DNA from: Planctomycetota bacterium | Lineage (GTDB): Bacteria > Planctomycetota > UBA1135 > UBA2386 | Assembly (NCBI GenBank): GCA_965228735.1 | Contig: OZ245838.1 | Location: 3,712,001-3,776,000, forward strand | Direction of reading: 5' to 3' | DNA length: 64,000 bases | Shown here: positions 52,621-63,700 of the stretch, one piece after another | Layout: the number at the start of each line of letters is the position of its first letter | Numbering within the stretch: the first letter of the stretch is position 1 | The notes under the pieces: model-generated | Databases searched by the model: none | What the model was told of the DNA's origin: nothing | Seen by the model: only the letters and a program-made list of their open reading frames with translations | Position numbers and translations under genes: made by a program

Positions 52621-54612
52621 ATGCGCCTTTTCGTACTTTCGAGCCTCGCGCTCGCTTCTCTAGCCCCCGCCCAGTCCGACCTCGCTTCCGCGACGGTCGG
52701 CGGTAGCCCGATCTGCTTCGACGAAGCCCGGCAACGCCTGACCGCGTTCACCGAGCAGGCCATCTGGGAGTGGGATGCCGGCCGCGAGGTCTGGGGCCGG
52801 CTCGGCGTCGCCCCGGTCGGCCGCGTCGACGCCGCGGTGTATGCGCCGTGGGAACGCAAGGTGGTCCTCGTTGCCGGCGGCCAGCTGCGCGCGTTCGACG
52901 GGCACTCGTTCGAGACCCTCGCGCCAATGCCGGCTACGACGACCAACGGCGTGCCGCGACTGGTCGCCGACACCGGCAGCGCCGAGATCGTCGCGCTCGT
53001 CCCGCAGACGTCGCCGATCGCATTCGCGATCTACCGCTTCGACGGCACCACGTGGCAGCAGGGCACCGCGCTGCCCCCGCAACGAATCCTGCTGGGCGAA
53101 GCGTACGACCCGATTCGCGATGTGCTCGTCGTCGACGCGCTGCAGATCGCGCCGACCGCGTTCGAGACCTGGGAATGGGACGGCACGGCCTGGGCGCTGC
53201 GTTCGGGAACCGGCACGTTCCACGGCCGACTCGCGTTCGACCCCGGTCGCCAACAGGTGATCGGGTGTCGCAGCTCCATCACGTGGGGCTGGGACGGGTC
53301 GACCTGGACGGCACTCAACGTTCTGGGCGGCCCGGGGGCGACCATCAGCATGACGGCCGACGCTGGAGCGGGCCGCGTATTTGCGAGCGGCACGCTCGGC
53401 ACGAGTGCGACGGTGACCTGGCTGCTCGACGGCTCCGGCTGGCGGGGCCTCCAGGTCAATCACGCCAGGGTGAGCGGAGCGCGACAGCTGACGTTCGACG
53501 AACGACGGGCCCGGACCGTGGTCTACAACGGTACGGCCCTGGCCGAGTTCGACGGCGAGCTCTGGGAATCGGTGACGAGCGGCCTGCCGCCCCAACGCGA
53601 GTTCTTCGGCCAGACGTTCGACCCCGCTCGAGGCGAAACGGTCGTGTTCGGCGGGCGCGACCAGGCCCAGAACCTGCTCGGTGAGACGTGGACCTGGGAC
53701 GGCCAGGTTTGGGACCTCGCCACGACAGCAGGTCCGGGCCCGCGAGTCGACGCGCTGATGGCGTTCGACGTCGCGCGCCAACGGGTCATGCTCGTCGGCG
53801 GCCACGACGGCATCATCCCCCGGACCAACTTCCAGGACCACTGGGAGTGGAACGGCGTGAGTTGGATGCTCGTTCAGGCGAACACACCGTTCACAGCATC
53901 GAGCGCCGCGTTCGGCTACGACCGCGCACGATCGCGCGCGGTCCACGTCGACGGGATCGGCGACACGCGGGAGTTCGACGGTGTGCAGTGGACGCTGCGG
54001 AACGCGAGCGGGCTGGTTCCGGGCCGGCGCCGCCTGGTCTGGAACGGGATCTCGCAACGGGTGCACGGCACGCTGCGCGACGCGACCGCCGCCTTCCGGG
54101 AGTACGACTGGGACGGGACAATGTGGAACGTCGTTGGTGCGACCCGCGGCGACCTCGTCTACGACAGCACCCGCGGCGCTCTCCTCGAGTACGACGAATC
54201 CGCGCTGCGGATGCAGGGTCCGATCCTCGCGGCGAGCACCGACTACGGCAACGCGTGCGGCGGCCAGACGATCGCGACGAGCCTCACCGCGTTCGGCCGC
54301 CCGTTCCCGGGCACCGATCAACTGACGCTCGACCTGCGCGCCGACGCCACGCAACGCCCGGCGCTCATCGGGTTCGCGACGAACCCCGGCAACATCCCGC
54401 TCGGCAACGGCTGCACGCTGCTGCTGCAGAACCCGACGGCGTCCGCGATCTGGTTCACGGACCAGAGCGGCGTGCTGCAGCTGCGGTATCCGATTCCGGC
54501 CGACCCAGCGCTGCAGGGTTTCGTCGTGGACGCGCAGGGCGTCGTGCTCGATCCGAACTCGCCGGCCGGCATCGCGCTGACGCAGGGCCTCGAGCTGACG
54601 ATCGGCAGCTGA
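52621..54612 (+). CDS. Secreted Kelch-like beta-propeller repeat protein with shared C-terminal domain
   Basis: Signal peptide (APAQ); about 10 repeats of [FY]D..R...V.FGG / W.WDG..W; C-terminal YGNACGG...IPADPALQG...QG...LTQGLELTIG domain. Confidence 0.8.
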   Translation: MRLFVLSSLALASLAPAQSDLASATVGGSPICFDEARQRLTAFTEQAIWEWDAGREVWGRLGVAPVGRVDAAVYAPWERKVVLVAGGQLRAFDGHSFETLAPMPATTTNGVPRLVADTGSAEIVALVPQTSPIAFAIYRFDGTTWQQGTALPPQRILLGEAYDPIRDVLVVDALQIAPTAFETWEWDGTAWALRSGTGTFHGRLAFDPGRQQVIGCRSSITWGWDGSTWTALNVLGGPGATISMTADAGAGRVFASGTLGTSATVTWLLDGSGWRGLQVNHARVSGARQLTFDERRARTVVYNGTALAEFDGELWESVTSGLPPQREFFGQTFDPARGETVVFGGRDQAQNLLGETWTWDGQVWDLATTAGPGPRVDALMAFDVARQRVMLVGGHDGIIPRTNFQDHWEWNGVSWMLVQANTPFTASSAAFGYDRARSRAVHVDGIGDTREFDGVQWTLRNASGLVPGRRRLVWNGISQRVHGTLRDATAAFREYDWDGTMWNVVGATRGDLVYDSTRGALLEYDESALRMQGPILAASTDYGNACGGQTIATSLTAFGRPFPGTDQLTLDLRADATQRPALIGFATNPGNIPLGNGCTLLLQNPTASAIWFTDQSGVLQLRYPIPADPALQGFVVDAQGVVLDPNSPAGIALTQGLELTIGS

Positions 54613-54616
54613 ATCC

Positions 54617-54644
54617 CGGCGTACGGTACCTGGTTCGTTCTGCC
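54617..54644 (+). repeat. Dispersed repeat family B, copy 3
   Basis: CGGCGTACGGTACCTGGTTCGTTCTGCC, 4 nt after the stop at 54612. Confidence 0.8.
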
Positions 54645-54778
54645 AGCCTGATCCGCCTCGGTCGGAGAGTCCGGCAGGATCTACGCGGTATCGTCCGGGT
54701 CCCTCGGTGGCCGGAGTTACTTGCGCGCGACTTCTACGCTCGAGTAGTGGCCATTACCTAAGTTTGCGTAGGGACCGT

Positions 54779-54893
54779 TGGCGGTACTGAACCCGCTTCG
54801 AATCCGCCACCGGGCAAAGACGGCAACTCCGCAGCGCGAGGCCGGCTGCGTCGTCAGTGAAGTGGCGGAATCGAAACGGGTTCGGTACCGCCA
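54779..54893. repeat. REPIN/MITE-like inverted-repeat element, family A, copy 3
   Basis: TGGCGGTACTGAACCCGCTTCGAATCCGCCAC ... GTGGCGGAATCGAAACGGGTTCGGTACCGCCA, ending 3 nt from the stop of the ATP-grasp gene. Confidence 0.85.
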
Positions 54894-54896
54894 CTC

Positions 54897-55937
54897 TCAG
54901 TCGCTCTCGACTCGCTTCCACTCGGGGCGGTAGGACAGGCCGGTCTTGATCACGAGTTCGAGCAGGTCGCCGTAGTCGAGGCCGACGGCTTCGGCGGCTT
55001 CGGCGAAGTCCTCGATCTCGGTGAGGTCGGCGTTGGTGTTGACCTCGATCACGTAGACGTTCCCGGCATCGTCCATCCGCATGTCGACGCGCGCGTAGCC
55101 CGAAAGATCGAGCGCGCGGTAGGCGCGGCGGGCGATGTTCTGGATCTCGCGCTCTTTCGCCGGCGGCAGGCGGCGCGCCTTGCCGGTCTTGATGCCGATG
55201 CCCTGCGCGTAATCGACGTCCCACTTCACGCGCGCCTCGGCGATCGGCTTGGTGCCCTTCGGCAACTTGGAGTACCAGACCTCCCAGACGGGAAGAACCT
55301 TGAGACGGTCGTTCCCGACGATCGCGACCGTCAGTTCGCGGCCCGCGATGTATTGCTCGACGACGACGTCGTCCTTCTGCGTGCGGTGCATGTACTCGAC
55401 GCGCCGCTGCAGCTGCCTGTCCGTGCTGACGATCGACGCCTGCGAGATGCCGGCGCTGCCGTGCTTGGTCGCGGCCTTGACGATCGCCGGATACCGCATG
55501 TCCGGCGCGAGCTTCGGCGTCTTCGTCCGCTGCTTGACGACCATGAAGTCCGGCACCGGCACGCCTTCGTGCCGCAGGATCATCTTGCTGATGCCCTTGT
55601 CACCCGCGAGCACCATGCCGCGCGGGTTGCAGCCGGTGTAGGGCTGCTTCAGCAGCTCGAGGTAGCTGACGAAGTGCGCCTCGTAGCTGATGACGTCATG
55701 GAAGTCCGTGATGATGTTGAACACGATGTCCGGCTTGAACGAGCCGATCATCGTCTTCACGGGGTTGAGGTCGTCCTCGACGCCGAAGACCTTGACCTCG
55801 TGCCCGAGGTCCTCGAGCGTCACCTTGACGTCGAGTTCCATCTGGTAGGCCCAGGTGTCGTCGGGGTCGAGCTCGAGCGCGTTCGACGGCGGCACGAGGA
55901 CGTCGTGGACGAGGACGAGGACCTTCTGCTTCTTCAT
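54897..55937 (-). CDS. D-alanine--D-alanine ligase-like ATP-grasp protein
   Basis: PYTG...DK..SK, IVK....GSAGI, VEQYI.GRELTV, GYARVDMR and IEVNTN. The N-terminus lacks the canonical Ddl GG.S.E motif. Confidence 0.8.
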   Translation of the reverse strand: MKKQKVLVLVHDVLVPPSNALELDPDDTWAYQMELDVKVTLEDLGHEVKVFGVEDDLNPVKTMIGSFKPDIVFNIITDFHDVISYEAHFVSYLELLKQPYTGCNPRGMVLAGDKGISKMILRHEGVPVPDFMVVKQRTKTPKLAPDMRYPAIVKAATKHGSAGISQASIVSTDRQLQRRVEYMHRTQKDDVVVEQYIAGRELTVAIVGNDRLKVLPVWEVWYSKLPKGTKPIAEARVKWDVDYAQGIGIKTGKARRLPPAKEREIQNIARRAYRALDLSGYARVDMRMDDAGNVYVIEVNTNADLTEIEDFAEAAEAVGLDYGDLLELVIKTGLSYRPEWKRVESD

Positions 55938-56021
55938 CCGCACCACCTGCTGACCGACCGGCTGCTCACAGCGGCGACCGTAGCGCAAGGCCGACGCGAA
56001 CGCGAAGACTCGCCGGCGCGC

Positions 56022-57038
56022 TCAGCGCCCGGACGCCGCCGCGATCGCGGCCGGGACGGGGCGCTCCTCGGGCATCGCGAGCACTCCCGCGCGGTAGCTC
56101 GTGCCGAAGTAGTGCAGCAGCATCGGCAGCAGCGTCAGCAGCGCGCTGCAGAACACGAGCGCGATCATCGCGTACTCGCGCAGCGTGAGCTGTTCGATCA
56201 GCGGCTTGCGCGAGTCCGCCGCCGCCGCGGCGAGCACGTCGCTCGGCACATGCCGGCGGTTGCCGTTGTGAAACTCGCCGCCGAGGCGGATCGCGACCTG
56301 CCGCAGCGTGCTGACGTCCTGCCGCGACTGGCCGCCGTCGATGAACTTGCCCTGCACGTGGTCGCCGACGCCGATGACGAGCGAGCCGCCGAACGACGGC
56401 GGCAGCTGCGGCATCCCCGTGCCGGGCACCGTGTCGCCGTCCGTGACGATCACGAGCATCGCGCTGTCGGCGCGCCAGAACTTGCCGAGCTTCGCGGCGG
56501 CCTCGATGCCGTCGAACAGCCGGGTCTTGCCGCGCTTGAACGCGTACCGCATCTCGACGGCGCCGCTCATGATGTGACGCACGAGCTCGATGTCGCGCGT
56601 GTCCTCGACGACCGGCTTGGCGCCGTTGAACGTCGCGATCACCGAGATCTTGAACTTGCCGATCGGCACGCGCTCGAACAGGGACTCGACGAGCTCGGCC
56701 GCGCGCTCGCGCCGGCTCATGTCACCCGAGCGCCCCGCGTCGCGCAGCATCATGCTCGGCGACACGTCGTAGACGAGCACCAGGTGACGCCACTCCTCGT
56801 CCGGGATCTCGTCGGACTGGTGGATGACCGGTTCGACGAACATCAGCGTCGTGAGCGCCCACGCGAGTCCGCCAGCAGCGAGCGAACGGATGAACGGCAC
56901 GGTTCGCGCCCACGCCGCCGGCCGCTGACGCGGCCCGAACAGCAGTCGCGAGTGCCGCACGAGGCGCCGCCAGTGCAGCACCTCGCCGACCATCACGAGC
57001 ACGGCGGCGACGCCAGCGAGGATCAGCGGCATCACCAT
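56022..57038 (-). CDS. vWA-domain membrane protein (BatB-like)
   Basis: N-terminal TMs, MIDAS DVSPSM, VTDGD and a C-terminal TM. Confidence 0.82.
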   Translation of the reverse strand: MVMPLILAGVAAVLVMVGEVLHWRRLVRHSRLLFGPRQRPAAWARTVPFIRSLAAGGLAWALTTLMFVEPVIHQSDEIPDEEWRHLVLVYDVSPSMMLRDAGRSGDMSRRERAAELVESLFERVPIGKFKISVIATFNGAKPVVEDTRDIELVRHIMSGAVEMRYAFKRGKTRLFDGIEAAAKLGKFWRADSAMLVIVTDGDTVPGTGMPQLPPSFGGSLVIGVGDHVQGKFIDGGQSRQDVSTLRQVAIRLGGEFHNGNRRHVPSDVLAAAAADSRKPLIEQLTLREYAMIALVFCSALLTLLPMLLHYFGTSYRAGVLAMPEERPVPAAIAAASGR

Positions 57039-57943
57039 GGCGTGTACCTCAGCCCGAGCTGAACGAGGCCCCAGATCGCGAGCACGCAGAGCCCCGCGAG
57101 GGCGAACGGCCAGAACCAGTCGACGAGCTCCGCCGCGGTCTGCTCGAGCTCCGCCTTGGACATCTCGTCGATCGTCATGAAGACGTTCTCGAGCGCCGCC
57201 ATGTCGCCGGGGTTGAACACCTCGCCGCCCGTCAGGCGCGCGAGATTGACGATCTCACCGCGCGCGTCGGCGTCCTGGATGTTGATCGCAAAGAGCTTGA
57301 TGCCGTCCCGCTTCAGCGTCTTCGCGATCTCCATGTCGTTGCCGCCCGTCAGGTCCGAGCTCCAGCCGTCGGTCACGAGCACGATCATGCGATCGCCCTC
57401 GCTGCGTTCGTTGAGCAGCTCGCGGCAGGCCATCACGGCCTTGCCGATCTCGGTGCCGCCGAACCCCGGGATCCGGTTCTCGGGCCGCATGAACGGGATC
57501 GAACACTTGAACGCCGACGGGTCGCTCGTGAGCGGCACCCAGTGCAGGTAGCTGTTGCCGAAGAACGTGAGCCCGAAGGCATCCCCCGAGCGATAGTCGA
57601 GGAACTCGTTGATCGCCTTCATCGACGCGTCGTAGCGCGTTCCCGGGCCGAACTGCGCCGTCATCGAACCCGAGATGTCGACGGCGAACTGGATGTTGGT
57701 CAGCTGCCGCTTCTGCCGGGGTGCTGCGAGCTCCTGCGGCAGCGCGATGACGAGCACCGCGACCGCGAGCATGAGCGCGGGCAACGACTCACCGATCCCG
57801 AGGACGGAACGCACCCACCAGCCGCTGCCGGCGAGCCCCTGGTCGAACGGCAACGCGGTTCGACGACCGCTGCGGCGCCACACCCAGACCATCTGGAGCA
57901 GGGGCAGAACCAGCAGGAGCAACAGCCACGGGCGCGCGAACAT
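57032..57943 (-). CDS. vWA-domain membrane protein (BatA-like)
   Basis: MFARPWLLLLL (BatA-type N-terminus), MIDAS DISGSM, GGTEIG and LVTDG. Confidence 0.85.
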   Translation of the reverse strand: MFARPWLLLLLVLPLLQMVWVWRRSGRRTALPFDQGLAGSGWWVRSVLGIGESLPALMLAVAVLVIALPQELAAPRQKRQLTNIQFAVDISGSMTAQFGPGTRYDASMKAINEFLDYRSGDAFGLTFFGNSYLHWVPLTSDPSAFKCSIPFMRPENRIPGFGGTEIGKAVMACRELLNERSEGDRMIVLVTDGWSSDLTGGNDMEIAKTLKRDGIKLFAINIQDADARGEIVNLARLTGGEVFNPGDMAALENVFMTIDEMSKAELEQTAAELVDWFWPFALAGLCVLAIWGLVQLGLRYTPW

Positions 57944-58833
57944 CAGCTCGACGCCCCCTGCGAGCCGCCGGCGGCGGTCGCCGCAGCCGGCGCGTCTGCC
58001 CTGGCCTGGGTCATCGCGCGGTCGAACGCGGCCGCGTCGACCTGCCGGTAGGGCGCGAGCAGCTTCTGCACGTCGACCGCCTGCGGCGGCTCCGGCACGT
58101 GCAGCCACGCCTCGAGCTCGCGCAGGAGCGGGCCACCCTGATCGTGCTCGCGGATCTTGCGGATCGCGCGGTCCGCCTTCTCGTCCTCGAGATCGAGCCG
58201 TTCGCGCCAGAACGCGACGAGCAGGCGTTCGAGTTCGGCCTGCTCCGCGGGTGACGCCTTGCCGTTCGCCGCGGCTTCGACGAACGGGCGCAACCGGTCG
58301 GCGAAGGTCGGCGGCGCCTCGGCAGCCACGACCGCGGCCCTGCGCTTCCGGCCGACGAACAGGATGGCGAGCAGACCGACGACCCAGAGGACGCCGAAGA
58401 CGATCATCTGCGTGCTGTAGCCGCCGGTGTCCGCCGGCCGCACGGGATCGGGCTCGCTCGGCTCGGTCTCACCCGCGGGCAGCACCGCCGCGACGTCGAC
58501 GGTCAGATCCGGCACGTCCCCGAGCTCCGAACCGTCCTTGCGGCGCAGGTAGTCGCGCAGGTCGAAGGTACCGGCCTCGAGCCCGGTCCACTCGATGTCG
58601 TAGCGGAAGCCCGAGCCGTGCGCGCGCGTCGCGATGATGCGCACGACGACCGGCGACTCGAACGTCGTCTCGGCCGTCTCGAGCTCACTGCCCATGATCA
58701 CCACCTCTTCGAGCAGCGACCGCATGCCGACGGTAGACTCGCGACCGACGTTGACCTTGGTCTGAGCCGAGCCGGCCGAAGGCAGCCCGAGCACCGCAGC
58801 GAGAACGAGCAGAACGACTGACCTGAACCTCAT
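57943..58833 (-). CDS. Single-pass membrane protein of the MoxR/vWA cluster
   Basis: Signal peptide, beta-rich domain, TM (IVFGVLWVVGLLAILFV) and helical tail. Overlapping stop/start codons on both sides. Confidence 0.72.
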   Translation of the reverse strand: MRFRSVVLLVLAAVLGLPSAGSAQTKVNVGRESTVGMRSLLEEVVIMGSELETAETTFESPVVVRIIATRAHGSGFRYDIEWTGLEAGTFDLRDYLRRKDGSELGDVPDLTVDVAAVLPAGETEPSEPDPVRPADTGGYSTQMIVFGVLWVVGLLAILFVGRKRRAAVVAAEAPPTFADRLRPFVEAAANGKASPAEQAELERLLVAFWRERLDLEDEKADRAIRKIREHDQGGPLLRELEAWLHVPEPPQAVDVQKLLAPYRQVDAAAFDRAMTQARADAPAAATAAGGSQGASS

Positions 58834-59702
58834 CGCGCCCCCCGACCGGCGACGCCGCGCGACTGCAGGAACAGGCGCAGCTTGGGCAAGAACGGCTGAT
58901 CCGTTCGCACCAGCAGGTGACCGACGCCGCCGCGCCGCAGATCGCCCGCGATGCGCTCGGTGTCGAGCGGCCGGCGCCGGCCGTGCGTCACGAAGCCGCG
59001 GCCGGATTCCGCTTCCTGCGCACGCAGGAAGCCCGCACCGCGCAGCGTGACCTCGGCCGGATCCTGCAGCTGGATGACCGCGACCTCGTGCTGCTGCGCG
59101 AGCATCGCGATCGAGTGGATCGCGCCCGGCTCGTGCAGATCGCTGAGCACGAAGATCAGCGACCGCGCCTTGAGCGTCGGCCGCAGCTCGGCCAGTCGGC
59201 GCACGATCATCGTCGGCTCGTCGAGCCGGTACTGCCGCAGACGCAGCAGCCACTGCAGCACCGTGTCCTTCGCGAGCGTCGGCTCGACGCGGACGTCGCG
59301 GGCGCCGCCGCCGAGCACGCCGACGGGGCTCATGCGATCGAGGCACGCGAGCGCGAGCCCGCCCGCCAGCCGCAGCGCGAGCTCGTACTTGCTCATGCCG
59401 ACCGACGAGACCACCATCGACGCCGAGGTGTCGACGAGGAACCACGCGGGGTAGCGCCGCTGCGCCTCGTACTCCTTGACGTGGTGCTTGCCCGACCGCG
59501 CCGTCACGCGCCAGTCCATCGACTTGACCGAGTCGCCGGGCTGATACGGCCGCGACTGCACGTAGTCGATGCCCGAACCGCGATAGCGCGAGCCGTCGAG
59601 GCCGTACGTGAGATCGTCCGCGAGCTTCTGCACCGCGATGACGAACTTCTTGATGGGCAGCGGATCGACCTGCCCGAGCATGCCCGTGCGGGTCGAGCTC
59701 AT
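58830..59702 (-). CDS. DUF58 domain protein
   Basis: GSGIDYVQSRPYQPGDSVKSMDWRVTAR...VKEYE...VDTSASM...VLSD. Confidence 0.9.
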   Translation of the reverse strand: MSSTRTGMLGQVDPLPIKKFVIAVQKLADDLTYGLDGSRYRGSGIDYVQSRPYQPGDSVKSMDWRVTARSGKHHVKEYEAQRRYPAWFLVDTSASMVVSSVGMSKYELALRLAGGLALACLDRMSPVGVLGGGARDVRVEPTLAKDTVLQWLLRLRQYRLDEPTMIVRRLAELRPTLKARSLIFVLSDLHEPGAIHSIAMLAQQHEVAVIQLQDPAEVTLRGAGFLRAQEAESGRGFVTHGRRRPLDTERIAGDLRRGGVGHLLVRTDQPFLPKLRLFLQSRGVAGRGAR

Positions 59703-60706
59703 TGCACGGTCTCGGACAGGATCTCCTGCAGGACCTGCGGCCCGGTGTGACCCTCGGCGATCGCCTCGTAGGTCAGGCGGATGCGGTGCAGCACGACGTC
59801 CTCCGCGAGCGCGAACAGGTCCTCGGGCAGCACGTAGTCGCGGCCGTGGATCAGCGCGCGGGCGCGCGACGCCTTGACGAGCGAGATCCCGGCGCGCGGA
59901 CTGCAGCCGAGCTCGAGCTTGGGATGCTTCCTCGTGCGATTGACGATCTCGATCGTGTGCTCGAGGAACGCCTCGCTCACGTGCACCTCCTGCACGTCCT
60001 CCATCGCCCGCACGAGCATCTCGGCGCTGCCCTTCATCGTGTCCTGGATCGCGTCGAACTCGGTGCGCGCGACCGCGCCCTTGCCCTCGCGCTTGACGCC
60101 GAGCTTCATGTTGCGGCGCAGCACCTCCTTCTCCTCCTCGGGCTCGAGGTACTCGAGGCGGTGCAGCAGCATGAACCGGTCGAGCTGCGCTTCGGGCAAC
60201 TCGAACGTGCCGGCCTGTTCGACCGGGTTCTGCGTCGCGATCACGAGGAACGGTGCCGGCAGGGCGAAGTTCTCGTTGCCGATCGTCACACGGCGTTCCT
60301 GCATCGCCTCGAGCAAGGCGCTCTGCACCTTCGGCGCGGCGCGGTTGATCTCGTCGGCGAGCAGCAGGTTGGTGAAGATCGGGCCCTTGTGGATCCGGAA
60401 CTCGTTCGTCTTCTGATCGAGGATCTCGGAGCCGACGATGTCGGACGGCAAGAGGTCGATCGTGAACTGAATGCGCGCGAACTCGAGGTCGATCGCCTTG
60501 CTGATCGCGGCGACGAGCAGCGTCTTGGCGAGCCCGGGCACGCCCTGCAGCAGCAGGTGGCCCGACGTCAGCATCGCGATCAAGGCGCGTTCGACGACGA
60601 CGTCCTGACCGACGACGGTCTGGCCGACGCGCGAACGAATCTGGGACAAGAACTCACGAGTCTCCGCGAAGCGGGTCGTGGCCGGGGCATCGGGGGTAGA
60701 GGTCAT
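59699..60706 (-). CDS. moxR: MoxR family AAA+ ATPase
   Basis: HLLLQGVPGLAKT, RIQFT.DLLPSD, LLADEINRA.PKVQSALLEAMQE, ATQNPVEQ.GTF.LPEAQLDRF and SPRA. Confidence 0.93.
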   Translation of the reverse strand: MTSTPDAPATTRFAETREFLSQIRSRVGQTVVGQDVVVERALIAMLTSGHLLLQGVPGLAKTLLVAAISKAIDLEFARIQFTIDLLPSDIVGSEILDQKTNEFRIHKGPIFTNLLLADEINRAAPKVQSALLEAMQERRVTIGNENFALPAPFLVIATQNPVEQAGTFELPEAQLDRFMLLHRLEYLEPEEEKEVLRRNMKLGVKREGKGAVARTEFDAIQDTMKGSAEMLVRAMEDVQEVHVSEAFLEHTIEIVNRTRKHPKLELGCSPRAGISLVKASRARALIHGRDYVLPEDLFALAEDVVLHRIRLTYEAIAEGHTGPQVLQEILSETVQ

Positions 60707-60762
60707 CTCGAGGGGCGGGTGGGTGGGCCAGCGAACCGGCCAGCGAACGAGCCGGCGAGGGG

Positions 60763-63700
60763 TCAGCGAGCGAGAGCGGAAGCGGGGTTGCTGTTGGCGC
60801 GGCCGAGCCAATCACGGGCCACGGCCTCGAGGTCGAGCGATTCGTCCTCGGCCTTGCCGAAGTGCGCGGCCTCGATGCGCGCGATCGTCACATCGAGCTC
60901 CTGCTTGTCGGCCGGCGACAGCGCGGCGCGGGCCTCGACCTCGCGCAACAGCACGAGCACGCGGAACGCGGTGATCGTGCCCGGCATCGTGATCAAGGCA
61001 GTGCGCTGCTCGACCGAACCGCCGCCGGGCTTGACGCCGAAGAACCAGATGAAGAACAGGACCGACGCGATCCCGATCACGACCCAGAACCACGCGGGCA
61101 CGGCCTCGGGACCGGCCATGCGCAGCGCGATCCGCGGATCGACCGTCATGAGGTCGGCGTCGGCGTAGCGCTGGTAGACCGCGGTCACGTCGTCGCGCGT
61201 CGGCCGCGCGAACACGAACTCCTCGCCGAACTCCTCGCCCTCTTCGGGCTTGAGCGACAGGATCCAGACGCGCTCCGTCTCGACGAGCAGCTGGTCCTCG
61301 GCGAACTTGCTGATCGTCGCGCCCTGATCCTCGCTCTTGTCGATGCGGTAGTCGGGGAAGTCGGTGTCGAGGAAGTCATCTAGGTCGGGCACGAGACCGT
61401 TGGCCTTGGCCTTGATCTCGAGCGTCAGCTTGCCCTCGTCGACCTTGCGTTCGTCGAGCAGCTGCGTGACCGTGAGGTCCTCGAACGGCCGCAGGCGGGA
61501 CGGCGGCGCGGACGCGTCGATCGCGACCGGCGCCGAGCCGATCGGCAGCACCGCGTAGCCCGACGTGTCCATGAAGTCGAAGTCCATCTGGATCGCCGGG
61601 ATCCGGTCGACCTGCGCGCCGCGCGCCTTGAGCAGCAGATACGCGTACGGCGTGCGCCGCCAGCCGGCCTCGTCCGTCGGCCAGCTCGCCATGGAGTCGC
61701 CGTTCCACGTGACCGACAGCACCTCGAAGTGCTCGCTGAGCGCCGTGTTCACGGCCTCGTCGAAGCGGTCGCGGTAGTTCTCCAGCGGGCGGCCGTAGTT
61801 GAACGCGTAGTTCATGTTGTTCTGGTTCTGCGCGTACTTCGCGAACCCGCCGCTCTCGCGTTCGATCTCCGGCGTGTGCACGATGTCGACGCGCACGCCG
61901 AACTCGCCCGTGCCGACCTCGGTCGGCCCGTCGACCACCGCCTCGAGCTTGAGCTCGCGCGTGAGGTCGCCGTAGTAGTTCCAGACCTTGCGCGCCTCGG
62001 CCGCCTGCGGGTGATCGCCGGCGATCTCGAAGCCCGCCTCGAGGTAGCGGAACTTGATCTGCGGCTTGACGGACGACATCCGCGTGAACAGCGCGTTGGC
62101 GAACATCGCCTCGTGCCGCTCGCGGCTGCCCTTCGGCAGGCTCGCGAGGGCCGCCTTGATCTTGGGCAGCTGCGTCTTGGCGACGACCGTGCTCTCGTCG
62201 ATCACGCCGAGATCGCACGCGCCGAGCGCCGCGTAGAACCACGTGTCGAACGCGTCGAGCTTCTCCTCGTCGACGCGCAGGTCGGGCGCCCGCTCGATGT
62301 AGTCCGCGGCGGCCTGCTCGAAGAGCTCGAACGCGTACTTGCGCGCCTCGGCGAAGCCGCTGTCGCGCTTCTGCTCGCTGCTGAAGTTGTTCTGGTCGTG
62401 CAGGATCGCAGCCGTGAGCGCGAGCAGCGCCCAGTGCTCGCCCTTCTTCGTCATCACGTCGCGCGCGACGGTCAGCGCCGTCGCGTATCCGCGCATGACC
62501 TCGGCCATGATCTCCTTCTCGCGCCGCCCCGTCTTCTTGTCCTCCTGCACGGCCGGCACGCGCCAGACCGTCGCGAGGTTGGCGCGCATCTTGGCGAGCA
62601 GCTCGCCGAGCAGCTCGGGCTCGAGGTTCTCGACGCCGCCGAACACCTGCTCGATCGTCTCGAGGCGGTAGACCTCGGCCGTGCTGTGCGCGGCGATGAA
62701 CGCCTGGCTCAGCAGCTTCTGATCGACCGGCTCCATCGGCAGCGCGCGCATGCGCGAGACCCACTTCGACAGCTCTTCGAGGTTGCGCTCCTGCTTGCTG
62801 CGCGTCAGCGGGATGCCGCGCGCGCGCTGGTTGAAGCCGTAGACGAACATGTAGGGGTTCGTCCGGTTGTTGTTGACGTTGGGGTTGTTGTTGCGCATCC
62901 ACACGCGCAGGAACTCGTCGGCGAGATCCTTGGCCTTGCGCGGATTGACGGTCGCGAGCTTCTCGATGAACGGGAACGCCTTCTCGTACTCGTTGACCTT
63001 GAGGAACAGCTGCGCCGACACCGTCTGGAAGTGCGGCGCGAGCGCGCGGTCGAGCATGTCGACCCAGCGCGGGCCGGGCTGGCTATCGATGAGATCCGCC
63101 GGCTCGATCGACTGCACCTGCCCGCCGCCGCCGAGGCGCTGGTTGCTCCAGAAGATGTTGCCGAACGAGTCGCGCTGCATCATCGGACCGTAGCGCGTCG
63201 TCTGACTGTGCTGGTTGGTGTAGGACGCCTCGACGATCCAGCCGGACGCGAGCAGCGCCAGCGTCGGGCGCCAGTCTTCGGCGAGCTCCGGCGCCGATTC
63301 GAGCAGCGCGTCGACAGCGACCTTCTGCAGCTTGATCACCTTGCTGCGATAGTCGGTGTCCTTGGCGTGCTTCTGGAAGCCCTTGGCCGCCTCGCCGCCG
63401 ATCGTCGCGATGATCTCCATGCCGCGCTGCGGCATCTCGGTGAAGCTCTGCGCGAGCCACTTCGGCCCGAGCTCCTCGCTGACCTTGGGCGCCAGGTCGA
63501 CCGCGCGCAGCAGCGCCTCTTCTTTCTCTTCCGCGCTGACCTCACCGCGCTTCAGCACGGCCTGCGTCACGCGCCACGCGCCTTCGAGGTACTCGTTGCG
63601 CTGCTCCTCGGCGAACTTCGCGAGGTAGAACCGCGCCAACAGATTGAGCGCCTCGCGGTCGTTGTCCTCGTCGGCGTTCTCCGGCGTCGGCAGGAACGGC

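Noticed and set aside
54645..54778. Intergenic stretch between repeat B and repeat A whose translation (…RWPELLARDFYARVV) faintly recalls a RAYT transposase C-terminus
   Set aside because: Too short, with no HUH motif or start; cannot be supported without a profile search.
54897..55937. Assigning gene symbol ddl
   Set aside because: The ATP-grasp core is Ddl-like, but the canonical N-terminal D-Ala binding motif and cell-wall gene context are absent.
60726..60750. Short direct repeat GGCCAGCGAAC twice upstream of moxR
   Set aside because: Two copies of an 11-mer in GC-rich DNA; not distinguishable from chance or local slippage.
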